Below are positions 59,969 to 64,000 of a stretch of 64,000 nucleotides of DNA, one piece after another. Source of the stretch: an uncultured Endomicrobiia bacterium (lineage in GTDB: Bacteria > Elusimicrobiota > Endomicrobiia > DTEH01). The stretch's first letter is position 1, and every line of letters begins with the position of its first letter. A model generated the notes under the pieces. That model saw only the letters and a program-made list of their open reading frames with translations. It was not told where the DNA came from and did no database searches. The stretch lies in the NCBI GenBank assembly GCA_937928765.1, contig CALFVX010000003.1, positions 128,081-192,080 on the forward strand, read 5' to 3'. Made by a program: the position numbers and the translations under genes.

Positions 59969-60904
59969 ATGGATAAAATTTTATTTTTAAAAAATCTATC
60001 AGTTTTTTATAATGTTTCTGATGAAACAATACACAGAATAAGCTTATCTTTGGAAGAAAAATTTTTTTCTGATAAAGAAATTATTTTTTACGAAGGCTCT
60101 TTAGCTAAAAGTATTTTTATAATTTTTTCAGGACAAGTAGAAATTATAAAAAATTATCAAAAACAAAATCAAAAACTTTTAAGAATACTAAATTCAAAAG
60201 AGATATTTGGTGAGATAGGATTATATTCTAAATTTTTTAGGTCAGCAACAGCTATTGCAAAAGGTAAATGTGTGATTTTTGAAATAAAGTCAGATGTTTT
60301 GATAAAAATATGTGATGATTTGCCTAAGGACGGAATTGAAATTTTTAAAGTTTTGTTGCTAAATACTATGAACAGAATGGAACAAACTTCAAGAGAATTA
60401 GCGTCAATATATTCAGTTTCTCAGATTATGCTAGAAGCGTTCAAAAATATCTCAGAGCTACAGAAATTTTTAAAAAATATAGGAAATGAGATTGCAAATG
60501 TATTAGACTATGATTTTGGAATTTACTTATATAACAAATTTAATGAAGAATATAGACTTGTATTTTGTAATAATACTAACTTATCTTTTTGGCAGACAAA
60601 CAATGTTTTGGATAAAAATAATATTTTGTTTAATATAACAGAAGATATAATAAAAAAAGATTTAAAAGAGGAGTTTATAGAAAATAAAAAAATTTATATT
60701 TTTCCACTGATAGATGGGAAAAACATTCTTGGTTTGATTATGTTATTAGTTTTTGATAATAAACAGTCATTAGACCAAGAATATAAAGATTTGTTGATGT
60801 CAATTGCTAATTTGGTTTCTGTTTCCATCTCAGGATTGATGTTTTTGCAAGAAGAAAAAGAAAAGATAAAATTACAAAATATTAAAACAAAATATAATTT
60901 TTAA
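59969..60904 (+). CDS. cyclic-nucleotide-binding domain protein with a C-terminal GAF-like domain
   Basis: cNMP-binding fold (FSDKEIIFYEGSLAKSIFIIFSGQVEI...FGEIGL). No HTH. Confidence 0.6.
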   Translation: MDKILFLKNLSVFYNVSDETIHRISLSLEEKFFSDKEIIFYEGSLAKSIFIIFSGQVEIIKNYQKQNQKLLRILNSKEIFGEIGLYSKFFRSATAIAKGKCVIFEIKSDVLIKICDDLPKDGIEIFKVLLLNTMNRMEQTSRELASIYSVSQIMLEAFKNISELQKFLKNIGNEIANVLDYDFGIYLYNKFNEEYRLVFCNNTNLSFWQTNNVLDKNNILFNITEDIIKKDLKEEFIENKKIYIFPLIDGKNILGLIMLLVFDNKQSLDQEYKDLLMSIANLVSVSISGLMFLQEEKEKIKLQNIKTKYNF

Positions 60905-60912
60905 AAATTGCT

Positions 60913-61521
60913 ATGGAAAAAAATGCTTTAATAATAATAGATCTTCAAAACGATTTTTGTCCTAAAGGAGCATTACCTGTACCACATGGAGACGAAATAA
61001 TATCATACATTAACGAGATTATGCCAAGTTTTCATAAAGTTGTAGCAACACAAGATTGGCATCCTGAAAATCATATTTCTTTTGCTGAAACACATAAAAA
61101 AAATATAGGTGAAGAAATTGAAATTAATGGTATAAAACAAATTCTCTGGCCTAAACATTGCATACAAGGAAGCTATGGTGCTGAATTACATAAAGATTTG
61201 AATAAAAATGGAATAGATTTGATCTTAAGAAAAGGAACATCTCAAAACATAGATTCCTATTCTGCATTCTTAGAAAATGACAAAAAGACAGAAACAGGAC
61301 TACACTATTGGTTAAAAGGGTTAGAAATACAAAAGATTTATCTTTGTGGTTTAGCTCTAGATTATTGTGTTTACTATTCTGCATATGATGCTGTAAAATT
61401 TGGATTTGAGGTTTATGTAATATTATCTGCTACAAAAGGTGTTGATGTCCCAAAAGGAAATATAAATAAAGTTTTAAGCCATATGAAATCTTTAGGCGTA
61501 AAGATTATAGAAAAATTATGA
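60913..61521 (+). CDS. pncA: nicotinamidase / isochorismatase-family hydrolase
   Basis: ALIIIDLQNDFC...K...C (catalytic D-K-C pattern); adjacent to pncB. Confidence 0.8.
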   Translation: MEKNALIIIDLQNDFCPKGALPVPHGDEIISYINEIMPSFHKVVATQDWHPENHISFAETHKKNIGEEIEINGIKQILWPKHCIQGSYGAELHKDLNKNGIDLILRKGTSQNIDSYSAFLENDKKTETGLHYWLKGLEIQKIYLCGLALDYCVYYSAYDAVKFGFEVYVILSATKGVDVPKGNINKVLSHMKSLGVKIIEKL

Positions 61522-62948
61522 ATAATTTGTTTCTTTTAACAGATTTATATGAATTAACAATGGCTCAGGGATATTTTTTATATAAAAAAGATTTTGATGT
61601 TGTATTTGATTTAAATTTTAGAAAATCTCCATTTAATTCTGGATTTATAATTTTTGCAGGATTACAAACTTTTGTTGAAGAAATTTTGAATTTAAAGATT
61701 TCAAAGGAAGATATAGAATACTTAGATTCTTTAAAATTATTCAGAAAAGAATTTTTAGAATATTTAAAAAATTTTAGATTCAAAGGTAGCATATATTCAG
61801 TTGAAGAAGGGGAAGTTGTTTTTCCTAAAGAGCCTATTTTAAGAATAAATGCTTCGTTAATACAAGCACAGATAATAGAAAGTATTTTGTTAAACATTAT
61901 AAATTTTCAATCTTTGATTGCGACAAAAACAGCAAGAATAGTAGAGGTTGCAGAAGGAAAAAGTGTTTTTGAATTTGGTTTAAGAAGAGCACAAGGAATA
62001 AACGGTGCAATTTCTGCAAGTCGTGCTGCTTATATTGGTGGTGCAGATGCAACTTCAAATATTTTAGCAGGAAAATTTTTTGGTATACCAGTTAGAGGAA
62101 CAATGGCACATTCATGGGTAATGAGTTTTGACAATGAATATACAGCATTCAAAAAATTTGCTGATATTTATCCTAATAATACAATTTTGTTAATAGACAC
62201 ATATGACACACTTAAAAGTGGAATAAAAAATGCAATAAAAATTTTTAAAAAATTAAAAAATAAAGGGATAAAAAATTTTGGAATAAGGTTAGATAGTGGA
62301 GATTTAGAAGTTTTAAGTAAAAAAGTAAGAAAAATTCTTGACAAAAATGGACTTAAAGAAGCAAAAATTGTTGTTTCAAATGAACTTGATGAATATATTA
62401 TTGAACAACTTTTAAGTAGAAAATCGCCAATAGATATTTTTGGTGTAGGCACAAAGCTTGTAACTGGATATCCTGATGCTTCTTTAAGTGGAGTGTATAA
62501 AATAGTAGCAAAAAAGAAAAATAAAAATTATATTCCTTTGCTAAAAATTTCTAATACACCAGAAAAGATTTCTCTACCTAATATTAAAAATATTACAAGA
62601 TTTTTTACTGAAGAAAAATTTTTATTTGATATTATTCATCTTGAAGGCGAAAAATTAAGAAGTGATGTTATGTTATATCATCCAGATTTTCATTATGAAA
62701 TAAGAGTTGAGAATATAAATCATTGCCATAGTAAGAAATTGTTAAAACAAATTGTCAAAAATGGTAATTTAATTTATAAATTTCCTTCAATACAAGAAAT
62801 AAGAAATAGAACTAAAAGAAATTTGCAGTTATTAACTACAGAATATAAAAGGTTAATAAATCCACATATGTATCCTGTAGGAATAAGTAAGAATTTAAAA
62901 AAATTAAAAGAAAGTTTATGTGCAAAACTAGCTAGAATTACAACTTAA
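61518..62948 (+). CDS. pncB: nicotinate phosphoribosyltransferase
   Basis: LLTDLYELTMAQGYF N-terminus and NAPRTase core; 476 aa. Confidence 0.9.
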   Translation: MNNLFLLTDLYELTMAQGYFLYKKDFDVVFDLNFRKSPFNSGFIIFAGLQTFVEEILNLKISKEDIEYLDSLKLFRKEFLEYLKNFRFKGSIYSVEEGEVVFPKEPILRINASLIQAQIIESILLNIINFQSLIATKTARIVEVAEGKSVFEFGLRRAQGINGAISASRAAYIGGADATSNILAGKFFGIPVRGTMAHSWVMSFDNEYTAFKKFADIYPNNTILLIDTYDTLKSGIKNAIKIFKKLKNKGIKNFGIRLDSGDLEVLSKKVRKILDKNGLKEAKIVVSNELDEYIIEQLLSRKSPIDIFGVGTKLVTGYPDASLSGVYKIVAKKKNKNYIPLLKISNTPEKISLPNIKNITRFFTEEKFLFDIIHLEGEKLRSDVMLYHPDFHYEIRVENINHCHSKKLLKQIVKNGNLIYKFPSIQEIRNRTKRNLQLLTTEYKRLINPHMYPVGISKNLKKLKESLCAKLARITT

Positions 62949-63037
62949 TATTTTTTATTTAAGATAAATATAGATTACCTAAATAACTTTTATTGTGCCA
63001 AGTTTAAATAATATCAAAAATTACGGAGGATAAAATT

Positions 63038-63571
63038 ATGAAAAATTTTTTATTAATTTTTTTATTATTTTTTTTAGGATGTCAAACATACTATTCTTCA
63101 GTACAAGTTTTACCTCCACACATAAAAGTTTTGTCTGTAAAACCTTTTGAGAATAAAACAAATATTTATGGATTAGAAGAAATGTTGAGATTAGAAATAA
63201 ATAATGAATTATTAAAAGATGGCAGATTTTCTATTTCCGGTGACATAGAAAGTTCAGATGGTTATATTTATGGAGAAATATTGTATTATATTCTTCAACC
63301 AATTTCCTATGGTGAAAATTTTGAACCACAACAGTATAAATTAAGATTAATCGCAAACATATATTTTGTAGATAGAAAAGACAACATCACTTTATGGCAA
63401 GAACCTAATCTCGAAGAAGTTTTATTTTTTTCAGCACCAACTTTACCTGGTGGATTAACCGAAGAAGAAGCAAAAAAAAATATTGTTTCAAATTTAGCAA
63501 GAAAAATTTATATAAGAACAATAGAAGGTTTTGGTTCTGTTTCTGGCAGGTCTTACAAAAAGGTCCCTTAA
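63038..63571 (+). CDS. outer-membrane lipoprotein, LptE-like (LPS-assembly lipoprotein)
   Basis: Lipobox-like FFLGC, about 175 aa, positioned immediately upstream of holA as in the conserved lptE-holA arrangement. Confidence 0.45.
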   Translation: MKNFLLIFLLFFLGCQTYYSSVQVLPPHIKVLSVKPFENKTNIYGLEEMLRLEINNELLKDGRFSISGDIESSDGYIYGEILYYILQPISYGENFEPQQYKLRLIANIYFVDRKDNITLWQEPNLEEVLFFSAPTLPGGLTEEEAKKNIVSNLARKIYIRTIEGFGSVSGRSYKKVP

Positions 63572-63592
63572 CTTTATTATTAAAGAAAAATT

Positions 63593-64000
63593 ATGATAAT
63601 AAATTATAAAGAATTTTATAAAAATTTAGATAAATTTTTAAATTATCAAAAAGTATATTTTTTCTTTGGAGAAAACAATTATTATATGATTGAGATATTA
63701 AACATAATTTATGAAAAGCTTGGGAATATTTTTAAAGAGACAGTTTATCTATGGGATGCGGAAATTAATGATTTTTCAAAAAAACTCACTACTTCAAACT
63801 TATTTTATCAAAAAACTTTAACATTATTAAGATTTTTTAATCTTAACGAAAAGAAAAATTTTAAAAAAGATTTAGTAGATTTTATAAAAACCTATCAAAT
63901 TGACAATTATTTAATTATTATGTATGAACAAACATTAAAAGAGAAAGAATCTAAGCAAGAAGTAATAAATTATTTTTTAAAAAATTGTTTGTGTATAAGA
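63593..64000 (+). CDS. holA: DNA polymerase III delta subunit, N-terminal part (continues past the window)
   Basis: The hand translation from ATG 63593 is open to the window end. VYFFFGENNYYMIE parallels the HolA YLLYGEE..L motif. Confidence 0.55.
   Translation, partial: MIINYKEFYKNLDKFLNYQKVYFFFGENNYYMIEILNIIYEKLGNIFKETVYLWDAEINDFSKKLTTSNLFYQKTLTLLRFFNLNEKKNFKKDLVDFIKTYQIDNYLIIMYEQTLKEKESKQEVINYFLKNCLCIR

Noticed and set aside
1-64000. I looked for CRISPR arrays, rRNA genes, transposases/IS elements and integrases.
   Set aside because: No regularly spaced direct repeats of 25-40 nt, no rRNA-like GC-rich blocks and no DDE or tyrosine-recombinase-like ORFs were seen. The only repeat family found is the intergenic leader element described above.

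Overview
This is an AT-rich (roughly 30% GC), very gene-dense 64-kb chromosomal window; GC was estimated by eye, not computed. From about 7.3 kb to the end almost every gene is on the + strand. Most of the content is housekeeping. Translation genes: rpsF, a short SSB-like gene, rplY, pth, tRNA-Val, thrS, infC, rpmI, rpsU, rplT, pheST. Macromolecular-synthesis cluster: rpsU, a Nif3-family gene, dnaG, rpoD. Chaperone: clpB. Amino-acid biosynthesis: ilvC, an isocitrate/isopropylmalate-dehydrogenase-family gene, asd, proA, glyA. Phospholipid synthesis: psd, pssA. Cell-envelope precursor: glmU. NAD metabolism: nadD, pncA, pncB. Glycogen cluster: glgP, DUF4912, GH57. Potassium uptake: ktrB/ktrA. Also a LeuT-like NSS transporter, pilT and an LptE-like lipoprotein followed by a partial holA. 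From memory, the NSS transporter closely resembles Aquifex LeuT, so an Aquificota-like lineage is my inference; this is unverified. The most unusual region is 45.2–53.4 kb. It encodes a stand-alone AsnC-type RAM-domain protein, then a 1383-aa secreted protein with about nine degenerate FN3-like repeats and a type-B (CHU_C/gliding-motility-type) T9SS C-terminal sorting domain. Its stop overlaps the start of a PorP/SprF-like protein fused to a C-terminal LysM domain. A coiled-coil protein and a pseudo-receiver/transmembrane/beta-propeller protein follow. Also notable is a family of 3–4 repeated intergenic leader elements (about 110–230 nt) upstream of rpsF, a glycine-rich outer-membrane-like protein gene (right after tRNA-Val), infC and another OMP-like gene. 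Other oddities: rplT lies downstream of rpoD rather than with infC-rpmI, the SSB-like gene is short with no rpsR, and there is one perfect consensus sigma70 promoter. I found no CRISPR array, rRNA, transposase or integrase. The only mobile-element-like hint is an excisionase-family HTH gene at the left edge.
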